From an uncultured Dehalococcoidales bacterium (GTDB lineage: Bacteria > Chloroflexota > Dehalococcoidia > Dehalococcoidales > BS750m-G39): 64,000 bases of DNA. The stretch is from assembly GCA_964396965.1 (NCBI GenBank), contig CAYNGD010000003.1, positions 106 through 64,105 of the forward strand, in the 5' to 3' direction. The position numbers were made by a program, and so were the translations under genes. Under the pieces are notes generated by a model. That model saw only the letters and a program-made list of their open reading frames with translations, searched no databases and was not told where the DNA came from. Of this stretch, positions 45,117 to 54,795 are shown piece by piece (the stretch's first letter is position 1; every line of letters starts with the position of its first letter).

Positions 45117-46478
45117 TCACCTAACCCCCGCCGGCTTCAGCTCCCTGACCATGTAGTCCCCTTGTAAACTATAGCCGAACTCGCTGCGGTAGTACTCCCT
45201 GGCGCCGATGCCGCTGAGGATTTTCATCTGCGGCAGCTTAAACTCCTGGCTGGTTATCCTCTCCGCCTCCAGCAGCAGCGCTTTGCCCAGCCCCTTATGC
45301 TGGGCGGCTCCCTCTTGCTGCGTGTTGAGGGGGACCTCCGGCCCGTAGATGTGCAGCTCACGTATCACCGCCGAGGCTTCTTGAACCCGCAGCCGCAGCA
45401 GGCCGAAGAGTGTTTCTGCCTTATCCTCGAAAGAGAGGAAGATTTCTTTACCACCTGATGCCTGGTAGTCCATTCTCACCAGCTTCGGCTCGCCTATCTC
45501 TCGCCCCTCCCGCGCCCGGTGGCCGTACTCCCGGCAGCGGATACACTTACACTCAATCCCCCTCTGCTTCATCCGCTGCCTGACCACCCCCCTCAGCGAG
45601 TCCTTGCAGCCGGCGGTGATGAACTTGGACGGTATGTCCCGCAGCACCCGCGATATGCGGACATATTTGGGCACAATAGACTTTATCGCCACCATCAGGT
45701 TGACCATGGTGCTTATCTCGTAGGGCTGGTAGCGGCCTTCTTTGTACCATCTCTCCAGTTCGGTGCCCTCGACCACCATGGTCGGGTAGAGCTTTAAACC
45801 ATCCGGCCTGAAGCGCTCATCCTCAAAAAGCAACCTAGATAGCTCCAAATCGTGCTCCAGGTTAGAGCCGGGCAGCCCCGGCATCCAGTGGTAGTGCACC
45901 TTAAAGCCGTTTTCCCGCAGAAGGGCGGTGGCCCGCACCACATCCTCGACACCGTGCCCCCGCCGGGTCAGGCGGTAGATCTGGTCGTCTAAAGTCTGCA
46001 CGCCCAGCTCCACCCGGGTGGCGCCGAACTCAAGCATCCGCTCTATCTCCTCCGGCCCGCACCAGTCCGGCCTGGTCTCAATGCACATCCCGGTGCAGCG
46101 GTGCTGGGCCGTCTCGTTGAGCTTTTTGGCCTCGGCCAGGTCGGCTGATTCCCGTCCGTTTAAGCCCTCCAGGCAGTCCTTGATGAAGCGGAACTGGTAG
46201 TCTTGAGGGTAGGCCAGGAAGGTGCCCCCCATCACAATCAGCTCGATTTTATCGGTGGGGTGGCCCATCTCGCTGAGGGCTTTCAAGCGAAGTTTTACCT
46301 GTTTTTTAGCGTCATAGTCGCACCTTATCGCCCTTAAGACCGCCGGCGACTCCGGGGTATAGCTCTGGGGTGTTGACGGGTAGGTGGGACAGAAGACGCA
46401 CTGCCCCGGGCATTTGAGGGGCCGGGTCATCACCGCCACCGGCGTCACCCCGGATATAGTCCTTGCAAATTTCTTCAT
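45117..46478 (-). CDS. elp3: Elp3 tRNA U34 carboxymethyltransferase (radical SAM + KAT)
   Basis: ISGVTPVAVMT, CPGQCVFC, MGGTF, ETRPD, DGLKLYP, RELHIYG, QHKGLG, SGIGAREYY. Confidence 0.95.
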   Translation of the reverse strand: MKKFARTISGVTPVAVMTRPLKCPGQCVFCPTYPSTPQSYTPESPAVLRAIRCDYDAKKQVKLRLKALSEMGHPTDKIELIVMGGTFLAYPQDYQFRFIKDCLEGLNGRESADLAEAKKLNETAQHRCTGMCIETRPDWCGPEEIERMLEFGATRVELGVQTLDDQIYRLTRRGHGVEDVVRATALLRENGFKVHYHWMPGLPGSNLEHDLELSRLLFEDERFRPDGLKLYPTMVVEGTELERWYKEGRYQPYEISTMVNLMVAIKSIVPKYVRISRVLRDIPSKFITAGCKDSLRGVVRQRMKQRGIECKCIRCREYGHRAREGREIGEPKLVRMDYQASGGKEIFLSFEDKAETLFGLLRLRVQEASAVIRELHIYGPEVPLNTQQEGAAQHKGLGKALLLEAERITSQEFKLPQMKILSGIGAREYYRSEFGYSLQGDYMVRELKPAGVR

Positions 46479-46559
46479 GGTGTGCCATAAACAGTGTAGC
46501 AGATTTAATTTGTAAACAGAAACAGGGCATTTGAGGGAATGCCTCGCCCATATTATATC

Positions 46560-46708
46560 TATTCCCTCCCGGCCACCCTTATGTGGAAGGGGTTACGCTC
46601 CACCCATTAAGGGGGTGTAGTGTCTCCTATCTTGGGGTGGGGCAGCAAGTTTTAGAAGCGAAGCTTATACGGGTGGGTGGGTATGGGAAACAAAACATAG
46701 GTTAAAAA
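46560..46708. repeat. Inverted-repeat element E6 (between divergent elp3 and methyltransferase)
   Basis: GGGTGGGTGGGTATGGGAAACAAAAC 46671-46696 is nearly the reverse complement of the E4 left end; left arm degenerate. Confidence 0.78.
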
Positions 46709-47371
46709 ATGAGGAAAAGCGCAACCAATAATAGATACATCTTTGACCAGATAGCCCCCAGTTGGTACAACTTCCGGCACTGGTCAATCTTCAGCGCCGA
46801 GCTTGAGCGACTGGCCAAACGCTGGCAGAGGGGCAGGCTGCTCAACCTGGGCTGTGCCCACGGCCCCGATTTCCTGCCCTTCAAAGACGGCTTCAAGCTC
46901 TACGGGGTGGACTTCTCCGCCGAGATGCTGAGGTTCGCCCAAAAATACGCTAAGAAATTCAGCTTTGATGTTGAGCTGGCGCTGGCTGATATCCGCTGCC
47001 TCCCCTACCCCGATGAGAGCTTCGACTGGGCGATAGCGGTGGCCACCTATCACCATCTGAGGAGTGGGGAGCACCAGGCCGCTTTAACTGAACTGAGGCG
47101 GGTCTTGAAACCCGGCGGCGAGGCCTTTATCACGGTCTGGAACCGCGGCCAGCCCCGCTTCTGGTTCAAGCCCAGAGAGGTGGAAATCCCCTGGCGCAAG
47201 AAGGGAGGAACTCTCTACCGCCGTTACTACCTCTTCACCTATAATGAGCTGGAAAGGCTGGCCAGGCAAGCCGGATTTGAGGTGATTAAATCTTTCCCGG
47301 AGAACGCCTACCGCTTTCCGGTGAAGCTATTCTCCCGGAATGTCCGCCTGTTAATAAAGAAGCCGGCCTAG
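46709..47371 (+). CDS. Class I SAM methyltransferase resembling Trm9/ALKBH8 tRNA mcm5U34 methyltransferase
   Basis: FDQIAPSW, LNLGC, AIAVATYHH, LKPGGEAFITVW, IPW, RRYYLFTYNEL; next to elp3. Confidence 0.75.
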   Translation: MRKSATNNRYIFDQIAPSWYNFRHWSIFSAELERLAKRWQRGRLLNLGCAHGPDFLPFKDGFKLYGVDFSAEMLRFAQKYAKKFSFDVELALADIRCLPYPDESFDWAIAVATYHHLRSGEHQAALTELRRVLKPGGEAFITVWNRGQPRFWFKPREVEIPWRKKGGTLYRRYYLFTYNELERLARQAGFEVIKSFPENAYRFPVKLFSRNVRLLIKKPA

Positions 47372-47853
47372 CTTTGGGTGGGCCGGGTAAAGATGGTCAG
47401 CTCGCCGCGTTTGAAGCCCAGCTTCTGGAAATAGTTCTGAAGCTCCCACTCACGCTCATCGAGGACGGCGCGGACAGTGTTGACCTCACGGTCGCGGCAG
47501 CGCTTGATTAGGGCGTTGACCAGTTTGGCGGCGATGCCCCTTTTCTGGTAGTCGGGGTCAACAATGAGCATGTAGATGAGGCCCACCTGGTCAACCGGTA
47601 TGCCCACGTAGGCCAGCCCGCTCCAGATAAAGCCAACCGGTTTGCCATCGGCTTCGGCGACCAGGCTCAGGTCGAGCGGGCCGCCCGGCTTGGTTAGGGC
47701 TACCTCCTCATAGGTCATGGCCCCCCGGTAGCTCAGGCGGCTCCGCTTAACGCCGGGTATCTTCTCCTCCCTGATTTTGCTGTAGATAGCTATAATGGAA
47801 TCAATATCTCCCCGCTCCATGGGTCTGATGGTGACTTCGCCTTTGCTAACCAT
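47368..47853 (-). CDS. GNAT family acetyltransferase
   Basis: SLVAEADGKPVGF, VDPDYQKRGIAAKL. Confidence 0.85.
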   Translation of the reverse strand: MVSKGEVTIRPMERGDIDSIIAIYSKIREEKIPGVKRSRLSYRGAMTYEEVALTKPGGPLDLSLVAEADGKPVGFIWSGLAYVGIPVDQVGLIYMLIVDPDYQKRGIAAKLVNALIKRCRDREVNTVRAVLDEREWELQNYFQKLGFKRGELTIFTRPTQS

Positions 47854-47929
47854 GATAATCACCCCCTTGCTCACGGTGGGATAGAACTGCATTATAGCAA
47901 CTTATCCCCTTTTGCCCAAATTAGAGTTC

Positions 47930-48125
47930 GTTTATCGTCCCATACCCTCCCGCCCACAAGGGTTATACCCTTTTCACATTTCTTTACCCCGCCCCCCATA
48001 GGAGAGGTGTCAGTCCTTTTCCCGTGATGGAGAGAAATTATGCCTTTTTCTGGGGAAAATTATCCCACCTATTTTTAGGGGTGTTAAAGAAGTGAAACCT
48101 CTATAGGGTGGGAGGGTGGGTAGCC
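47930..48125. repeat. Inverted-repeat element E7 (between tandem GNAT genes)
   Basis: CCCATACCCTCCCGCCC 47939-47955; GGGTGGGAGGGTGGG 48106-48120; internal GAGAAATTA. Confidence 0.85.
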
Positions 48126-48163
48126 AAACTCACTCTAAAAAACAGGCGGTAAGGTTCCCCGGG

Positions 48164-48640
48164 CTAGGGGGTTGGTGGGCCTTTTTTCAGCCTCTTGGTG
48201 TAGTCAACCAGCTTGCCCCGGCGGAAACCAAGCTGCTCGAACAGGCTCTGTAGCTGGTTATCCCCTTCCTCAATCATTATCCGTACCGAGTTGAGATTTT
48301 TCTCCCGGCAGGTCTCCACCAGGGCGTTGACCATCTGGGTGGCGACGCCCTGCCGCCAGTAGTCTGGTTCGACGCCCAGGATGTGAATCATGCCCACTTC
48401 GTCAAAAGGTTCCCCGAAGTAGGCACGGCGGGCCAGCAGAAAGCCCTGCACCTCGCCGTTGACCTCAGCGACGAAGCTCAGGTCGGGGATTTTGCCCAGG
48501 TCTCCGATAATCAAATCGGTATAGGTGGCCGCCCTCCGTACCCCGGTGATTTTGCTGTCAATGGCTAAAACCCGGTCGATGTCCATGGATTCCATGGGGC
48601 GGACCCTTATCTTAAGTTTTCCTTTTTCGGTATCAATCAC
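48164..48640 (-). CDS. GNAT family acetyltransferase (paralogue of 47368-47853)
   Basis: SFVAEVNGEVQGF, VEPDYWRQGVATQM. Confidence 0.85.
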   Translation of the reverse strand: MIDTEKGKLKIRVRPMESMDIDRVLAIDSKITGVRRAATYTDLIIGDLGKIPDLSFVAEVNGEVQGFLLARRAYFGEPFDEVGMIHILGVEPDYWRQGVATQMVNALVETCREKNLNSVRIMIEEGDNQLQSLFEQLGFRRGKLVDYTKRLKKGPPTP

Positions 48641-48726
48641 GGCCTCTCTCCTTCCTCAGATTAAGGGGATACTTTGGCGTCCGCATCGTATTATCCGCCT
48701 TTTCCGGTTTTTGTCAATACCTTATT

Positions 48727-49398
48727 TCACTGTCGGCAGGTTCCGGGGGCAATTCCGGCGGTAATTCCCCATCTACGGCTATGTTCCCTCTTCAGCTGCC
48801 GGAGGTTGTTCCGGACCGGGATTGAGGCGATATTATCCAGGGTCATCAGCACCCCGTCCTCACGGTTGTCGGTGTAATAGCCACGGCGCAGCCCCACCTG
48901 AGCGAAGCCGTATTTGGTATAGAGGCTCTGGGCGGTGGTGTTGGAGGCACGCACCTCCAGCGTCACCAGGTGGGCGCCCAGCTCCAGGGACAGCTCTATC
49001 AGTGAGATGAGCAGCATCTCGCCTATCCCCTGGCGGCGATAGCTCTCCCGCACGGCGATGTTGGTTATGTGGGCTTCCCCGGCCATCAGCCACAGACCGG
49101 CAAAGCCTAGGAGGTACTCCCTGGCCGGAGGGGGTTCGCTATCGGAGTGGTTAGAACGGAGCCTCAGCTTGGTCAGAAGCCCGGAGAGGCCTTTCCGAGG
49201 GGTGGGGCTCGGCGCCGGCGGTTGGTATTTCTTTTTCTCGTCGCCGACCACGATGTAGTGGGCCAGGCTGTTTTTGAGTTCACGCTGGTAGTTGGGCGGC
49301 GGCCACATGGTGGGGAAGGCTTCGTGGTCAATCTCATTGACCTGGGGAAGGTCTTCCTGGTACATCAAGCGTATATTGAGCGACGAGTTTTTAGCCAT
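48727..49398 (-). CDS. rimI: Ribosomal protein alanine N-acetyltransferase
   Basis: EAHITNIAV, RRQGIG, LEVRASN, RRGYYTDNREDG; ~35-aa Pro-rich insert. Confidence 0.88.
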   Translation of the reverse strand: MAKNSSLNIRLMYQEDLPQVNEIDHEAFPTMWPPPNYQRELKNSLAHYIVVGDEKKKYQPPAPSPTPRKGLSGLLTKLRLRSNHSDSEPPPAREYLLGFAGLWLMAGEAHITNIAVRESYRRQGIGEMLLISLIELSLELGAHLVTLEVRASNTTAQSLYTKYGFAQVGLRRGYYTDNREDGVLMTLDNIASIPVRNNLRQLKREHSRRWGITAGIAPGTCRQ

Positions 49399-49466
49399 TA
49401 GAGTCTGATTACGGGGTTATTTTAGCACAACTCGTCTCTAACTTCCTACTACCCCGCTCCTGCCAT

Positions 49467-51878
49467 CTAGGCGTTACTCCTGATATGCCTCCCGTAATAG
49501 CCACAGTGTTCCCGGTCAAATATCCGTTGCGCCAGAAGCTTCACCAGGTCCTGTATCAGGAACATGCTCAGACAGTAGCCCCAGACAATCCCGGCATAGG
49601 TCCAGCCCATCGGGCTCATCAGGAAGCCGTAGACGGCGATGAAGGTGGCGACTATCTGGGTGCCAATCACCGCCTCCAGCAGAATCATGGCCGGTTTGAT
49701 TGTCCAGAAATTTCTCCGGGTACGGGCGGCAAACAAGGTTAGATGGCCGCCTATGGACAGGTTCAGGTACACCATCGTCCGGACCACATCCGGGCTGAGA
49801 TGAAAAATGCTGTTCCCTAGGTAGAAGATGCCGAAGGACCGGATCATGGCAAAGGCCCCCAGGACGGTGGCTATGCCGAGCACCATCCGCATGTTCCAGA
49901 CTTCGGGCTTATCGGAATAGCGGACGTTATCGTAGGCGATGGACAGAATGGCGCCGTCGTTTAAGATTGCCAGCAGGACTATCATTATCGCCGTCACCGG
50001 ATATACCCTGAAGAGAATTATGGCTATGGTCAGGAATCCCAGCAGGGCCACCGTCTCGGCGATACGATAGATAGCGTAGTTGAGCATGCGCTGGAATATC
50101 TTGCGGGCCTCCTTGATGGCGTCGATAATCACGGAAAGGCCCGGGGTCAGCAGCACGATGCTGGCGGCGGCCCGGGCGGCATCAGTGGCTCCGGCCACGG
50201 CGATGCCGGCATCGGCCTTCTTTAGGGCCGGGGCATCATTCACTCCGTCGCCGGTCATGCCCACGATGTGCCCCCGCTGCTGGAGGGCATCGACGATGTG
50301 GTACTTGTGCTCGGGAAAGACCTGGGCAAAGCCGTCGGCCTGCTCGATGGCGTCGGCCAGCTGGCCGGCCTGGTGGGCTTTGGTTTCTTCAAACAGGCTG
50401 GCGTCCAGGATGTTCGTCCCCAGCCCCAGCTGGCGCCCGATTTCCTTGGCGATAGCCACCTGGTCCCCGGTGACCATCTTGACCTCCAGCCCCATCTTTC
50501 TGGTGGTATCGACGGTCTCCTTGGAATCCTCGCGCAGCGGGTCGAAGAGCGGGATTATACCGATAAACTGCCATTTATTCTGGCCATCGGTACGGGCCAC
50601 CCCCAGGGAGCGGAAGCCCCGGGAAGCGAACTCTTTGACCGCCTTATCAACCTCTTCTTTAATCTTAGCCGCATCGGGGTCCAGCGCCAGGATGACCTGG
50701 GGTGCACCCTTGGTAACCCTGGAGGTCTTCCCGTCTGCCCCCTTCACCTCGGCCTCGGTGCGCTTGTGGACGGGGTCAAAGGGCTGGAAGTGGGCTATCT
50801 GGTAGGACTTGAGCACTTTAGTGTCTTTAATTCCGCTCAGCACGGCCAGGTCAATCGGGTCCTGGTCCTCCTCGCGGGAGGCCAGCGCCCCGGCCAGAAT
50901 TACCTCTTCCCCTTTAACATTATTTACAGTGAAAGGCTCTCCCGGGGTCAGTTTGCTCTGGGTGAGGGTGCCCGTCTTATCGGAGCAGAGGACATCGATA
51001 CCAGCTACCTCCTCAACCGCCGTCAGCTTGGTGACAATCGCCTGCTTGGCCGCCAGTATCTTGGCGCCCAGGGCCATGGTCACCGATAGAACAGCGGGCA
51101 TCGCCACTGGGACGGCGGCTATGGTCAGCACCAGCACGAACTGAAGCACCTGGAGCAGCTGGTCGTGGCGGGAGAGGGCTATGCCTATTATCAGGACGGC
51201 CAGTGCCGCAGCGATAATGAGCAGGTAATCGGCAATCTTGACGACCGCCTGCTGGAGATGGCTTCTCGTCTCGGCCGATTTGACCAGTTCGGCGGTCTTG
51301 CCGTAGTAGGTGTCTTTAGCCGTGGCGTAGACTACGGCATCGATTTCGCCCTGCTTCAGGATAGAGCCGGAGAAGACGGCGTCACCGGACTTGTGCTCCA
51401 CCGGCAGGGACTCTCCGGTCAGGGCGGACTGGTCGACCTGCACCGGGTCTCCCTCCAGCAGCTTGGTGTCGGCGGGTATGATGTCGCCGATGCGCAGCCG
51501 CACCAGGTCGCCGGGGACCAGCTCGCGGGCGGGGATGCTCTTCCACTCCCCGTCTCGCTTGACCCTGGCCTTGAGGGCCAGCTGTTTCTTGAGGGCGGCG
51601 ATGGCACTGTCGGCCTGATATTCCTCTCGGAAGCCTACCACGGCGTTCATGACCAGCAGCGCTAGAATAACGCCGACGTCGGGCCAGTGGCGCAGCACCC
51701 CCGACAGTATAGCTGCCAACATAATCATGATGGGGATGGGACCCCAGAAATAGGAGAGGAACTTCAGGATAGGACTGACCCTTTCCTCTTTGATCTCGTT
51801 GTAGCCGTATTTTTCCAGCCGTTCCTGCGCCTCGGCCGTCTTCAGGCCGTCAGCCGAGGTGCCGAGGCGCTTCATCAC
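49467..51878 (-). CDS. P3A-type plasma-membrane H+-ATPase (PMA1-like)
   Basis: TGES, VPVAMPAV, DKTGTLT, KGAPQ, TGDGVNDAPAL, ILNDGAIL; frame open upstream to about 51950. Confidence 0.92.
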   Translation of the reverse strand: MMKRLGTSADGLKTAEAQERLEKYGYNEIKEERVSPILKFLSYFWGPIPIMIMLAAILSGVLRHWPDVGVILALLVMNAVVGFREEYQADSAIAALKKQLALKARVKRDGEWKSIPARELVPGDLVRLRIGDIIPADTKLLEGDPVQVDQSALTGESLPVEHKSGDAVFSGSILKQGEIDAVVYATAKDTYYGKTAELVKSAETRSHLQQAVVKIADYLLIIAAALAVLIIGIALSRHDQLLQVLQFVLVLTIAAVPVAMPAVLSVTMALGAKILAAKQAIVTKLTAVEEVAGIDVLCSDKTGTLTQSKLTPGEPFTVNNVKGEEVILAGALASREEDQDPIDLAVLSGIKDTKVLKSYQIAHFQPFDPVHKRTEAEVKGADGKTSRVTKGAPQVILALDPDAAKIKEEVDKAVKEFASRGFRSLGVARTDGQNKWQFIGIIPLFDPLREDSKETVDTTRKMGLEVKMVTGDQVAIAKEIGRQLGLGTNILDASLFEETKAHQAGQLADAIEQADGFAQVFPEHKYHIVDALQQRGHIVGMTGDGVNDAPALKKADAGIAVAGATDAARAAASIVLLTPGLSVIIDAIKEARKIFQRMLNYAIYRIAETVALLGFLTIAIILFRVYPVTAIMIVLLAILNDGAILSIAYDNVRYSDKPEVWNMRMVLGIATVLGAFAMIRSFGIFYLGNSIFHLSPDVVRTMVYLNLSIGGHLTLFAARTRRNFWTIKPAMILLEAVIGTQIVATFIAVYGFLMSPMGWTYAGIVWGYCLSMFLIQDLVKLLAQRIFDREHCGYYGRHIRSNA

Positions 51879-52169
51879 CTCGGCGGTGGGCAGCTCTTTC
51901 AGAGATTCGGCTGTATTGGATGTCTCGGCTTGCGGTCGTTTACTCGTCGCAGGGCTCCTTTCTCCTCCTGGGTTAGCTAGTTACATAATAGCATAATAGG
52001 GTCACCGGCAGTACTTGGCTATCCGTAAATTTACTTAATAAATTTATAAATCGCCCGTAATTCCGCTAGCCAAAGTCAGTATTATGGGCAACACCCCGGC
52101 GCCGGATGTGATAAAATGCAATTAGGGTGAACTGGCGATAGAACGCCCCCCTGTCTCGAGGTAAGCACT

Positions 52170-54683
52170 ATGTCATCTTTCTCTTATCAGGCCCTGCCCG
52201 AAGGTCTGGGCAAGCTGTCTGAGCTGGCGCTCGACCTTCGCTGGACCTGGAGCCACGAAGGTGACCGGCTCTGGAGCGCCATCGACCCCGAGGTCTGGGA
52301 CAGGACTCAGAACCCCTGGCTGATGTTGCAGATTGTCTCACGCGTTGAGCTGCAGAGATTTCTCCGGGACCGGGTGTTTATGGGGGAACTGCGCTACCTG
52401 CAGCAGTCGCGGAAGGAATACCTGGAGAATCCCGGCTGGTTCCGGCAGCACTACCCCGATAAAACGCTGAACACGGTTGCCTACTTCAGTATGGAGTTCG
52501 GCCTGGCCGAGGCCCTCCCGCTCTATGCCGGCGGGCTGGGGATACTGGCCGGTGGCTATCTCAAGACCGCCAGCGACCTGCAGGTGCCGATGGTCGGCAT
52601 CGGCCTGCTCTACCAGGAGGGCTATTTCCGGCAGATGGTTGATAATAACGGCTGGCAGATAGAGGCCTACCCCTATAACGACCCGACCAGCCTGCCGATT
52701 AGGCCGGTTACCGATGCCGGCGGCGGCTGGCTGCGGCTATCCCTGGAGCTGCCGGGGCGCACCCTCTGGCTGAGGGTATGGCAGGCGCAGGTGGGTGGGG
52801 TGATGCTCTACCTGCTGGACAGCAACGACCCGCTTAACAGCGCCACTGACCGGGGTATCACCAACAAGCTGTATGATGACCGGCCGGAGATACGTTTGAT
52901 ACAGGAGATGATACTGGGCATGGGGGGGTGGCGGGTGGTGAACGCCCTGGGCCTGCCGGTGGAACTATGTCATCTGAATGAAGGGCACGCCGCCTTTCTG
53001 GTGCTGGAGCGGGCCCGTTCTTATATGGAGCAGACCAAGGAGTCTTGGGCGGTAGCACTGTGCGCCACGCGCGCCGGCAATATCTTTACCACCCATACGC
53101 CGGTGGCGGCTGGCTTCGATAGCTTTCCCCCGCAGCTGATTGCCCACTATTTCCGGGACTACTCGCGGGCGATGGGCGCTTCTCCTGAGCAGATTTTAGC
53201 CCTGGGCCGAAAGGACCCGGCTAACCCCGATGAACCATTTAACATGGCCTATCTGGCTACGCGCGGCAGTGGCTGTGTCAACGGTGTCAGCCAGCTGCAT
53301 GCCAGGGTGAGCCGGCGTATCTTCCAGCCCCTGTATAACCGATGGCCTGAACCGGAGGTTCCGGTAGGCCATATCACCAACGGCGTGCACGTACCCTCCT
53401 GGGACTCGCAGTTTACCGATGAGCTGTGGACCAGGGCCGGCGGCAAAGAGCGCTGGCTTCACGAGATGGAGGACCTGGCCGAACAGATTCAACAGCTCTC
53501 GGATGCGGAGCTGTGGACATTCCGCACCGGCCAGTGCCGGAACCTGATAGACTTCGTGCGCCGGCGGCTGGCTTATCAGCTCAACCAGCACGGGGCAGAC
53601 AGTGAGAAAATAAAGGAAGCACGCCGGGTGCTGGATACCGATGCCCTGATTTTGGGCTTTGCCCGGCGCTTCACTTTGTACAAACGGCCCAACCTGCTGT
53701 TAACCGACCCGGCCCGGCTTGAAGCTATCATCAATAATCCGAGCTACCCCCTTCAGCTGGTGGTGGCGGGCAAGGCCCACCCCGACGATGTCGAGGGGAA
53801 GCGCCTGGTGCAGCAGTTCGTGACCTTCGCCGGCAGGCCCGGCGTCCGCCACCGGGTCGCTTTTATCGAGGACTATGACATGGCCATCGCCCAGGAACTG
53901 GTGCAGGGGGTGGACCTCTGGCTGAACACGCCGCGGCGGCCCTGGGAGGCCTGCGGCACCAGCGGCATGAAGGTGCTGGTCAATGGCGGGCTCAATTTCT
54001 CGGAACTGGACGGCTGGTGGGCGGAGGCCTACAGCCCGGAGGTGGGGTGGGCCCTCGGCGACGGTAAGGAATATCCTGAACCAGGGTGGGATATAACCGA
54101 GGCTAATCAACTCTACGACATCTTGGAGCAGGAAATTATCCCCGAGTTCTACAACCGGGATAAGGACGGTGTTCCGGCGGGGTGGGTGGTGCGGATGCGG
54201 GCCAGCATGGCCAGGCTGGCCCCTAGTTTCAGCAGCAACCGGATGCTGCGCCAGTACGTGGAAGAGGTCTACCTGCCGATGACGAATCGGTTCCGGCAGC
54301 GCCAGCGCGACGGCGCACGCCTGGCCAGGGAGCTCAGCCGGTGGCAAAACCAGCTTGAGCAGAACTGGCCCGCTGTCCACTTCGGCGAGTTGGAGGTACA
54401 CCTGGAGGACAAGCGGTGGGAGTTCGGGGTAAAGGTCTATCTGGGCAAGGTTTCCCCGTCTTCGGTCAGCGTGGAACTCTATGCCAATCCCCGGGACGGA
54501 GAGGAGGCGGTGCGCATACCTATGGCGCGCGGCCAGAAAATCGGCGAGGCACAAAACGGCTATATCTATGTGGGAGAAGCCGAGGCCAGCCGCCCCGCCG
54601 CCGATTTCACTCCCCGCATCATACCGGCCCACCCTTCCCTGCTCGTTCCGCTGGAAGACTCACACATCCTGTGGCAGAAGTGA
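52170..54683 (+). CDS. glgP: Alpha-glucan (glycogen/maltodextrin) phosphorylase
   Basis: YFSMEFG, YAGGLG, HLNEGH, EACGTSGMK (PLP lysine), DGWW. Confidence 0.94.
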   Translation: MSSFSYQALPEGLGKLSELALDLRWTWSHEGDRLWSAIDPEVWDRTQNPWLMLQIVSRVELQRFLRDRVFMGELRYLQQSRKEYLENPGWFRQHYPDKTLNTVAYFSMEFGLAEALPLYAGGLGILAGGYLKTASDLQVPMVGIGLLYQEGYFRQMVDNNGWQIEAYPYNDPTSLPIRPVTDAGGGWLRLSLELPGRTLWLRVWQAQVGGVMLYLLDSNDPLNSATDRGITNKLYDDRPEIRLIQEMILGMGGWRVVNALGLPVELCHLNEGHAAFLVLERARSYMEQTKESWAVALCATRAGNIFTTHTPVAAGFDSFPPQLIAHYFRDYSRAMGASPEQILALGRKDPANPDEPFNMAYLATRGSGCVNGVSQLHARVSRRIFQPLYNRWPEPEVPVGHITNGVHVPSWDSQFTDELWTRAGGKERWLHEMEDLAEQIQQLSDAELWTFRTGQCRNLIDFVRRRLAYQLNQHGADSEKIKEARRVLDTDALILGFARRFTLYKRPNLLLTDPARLEAIINNPSYPLQLVVAGKAHPDDVEGKRLVQQFVTFAGRPGVRHRVAFIEDYDMAIAQELVQGVDLWLNTPRRPWEACGTSGMKVLVNGGLNFSELDGWWAEAYSPEVGWALGDGKEYPEPGWDITEANQLYDILEQEIIPEFYNRDKDGVPAGWVVRMRASMARLAPSFSSNRMLRQYVEEVYLPMTNRFRQRQRDGARLARELSRWQNQLEQNWPAVHFGELEVHLEDKRWEFGVKVYLGKVSPSSVSVELYANPRDGEEAVRIPMARGQKIGEAQNGYIYVGEAEASRPAADFTPRIIPAHPSLLVPLEDSHILWQK

Positions 54684-54795
54684 TCGTTTGTCTTCAAACG
54701 GACATCCTACTGAGTTATGAAACTATCTTTTTAACGTCTGCTTCGTTATACTATATGCACCAGGATAACATGTCCGTAAATTCGGGGGTTGTCAG

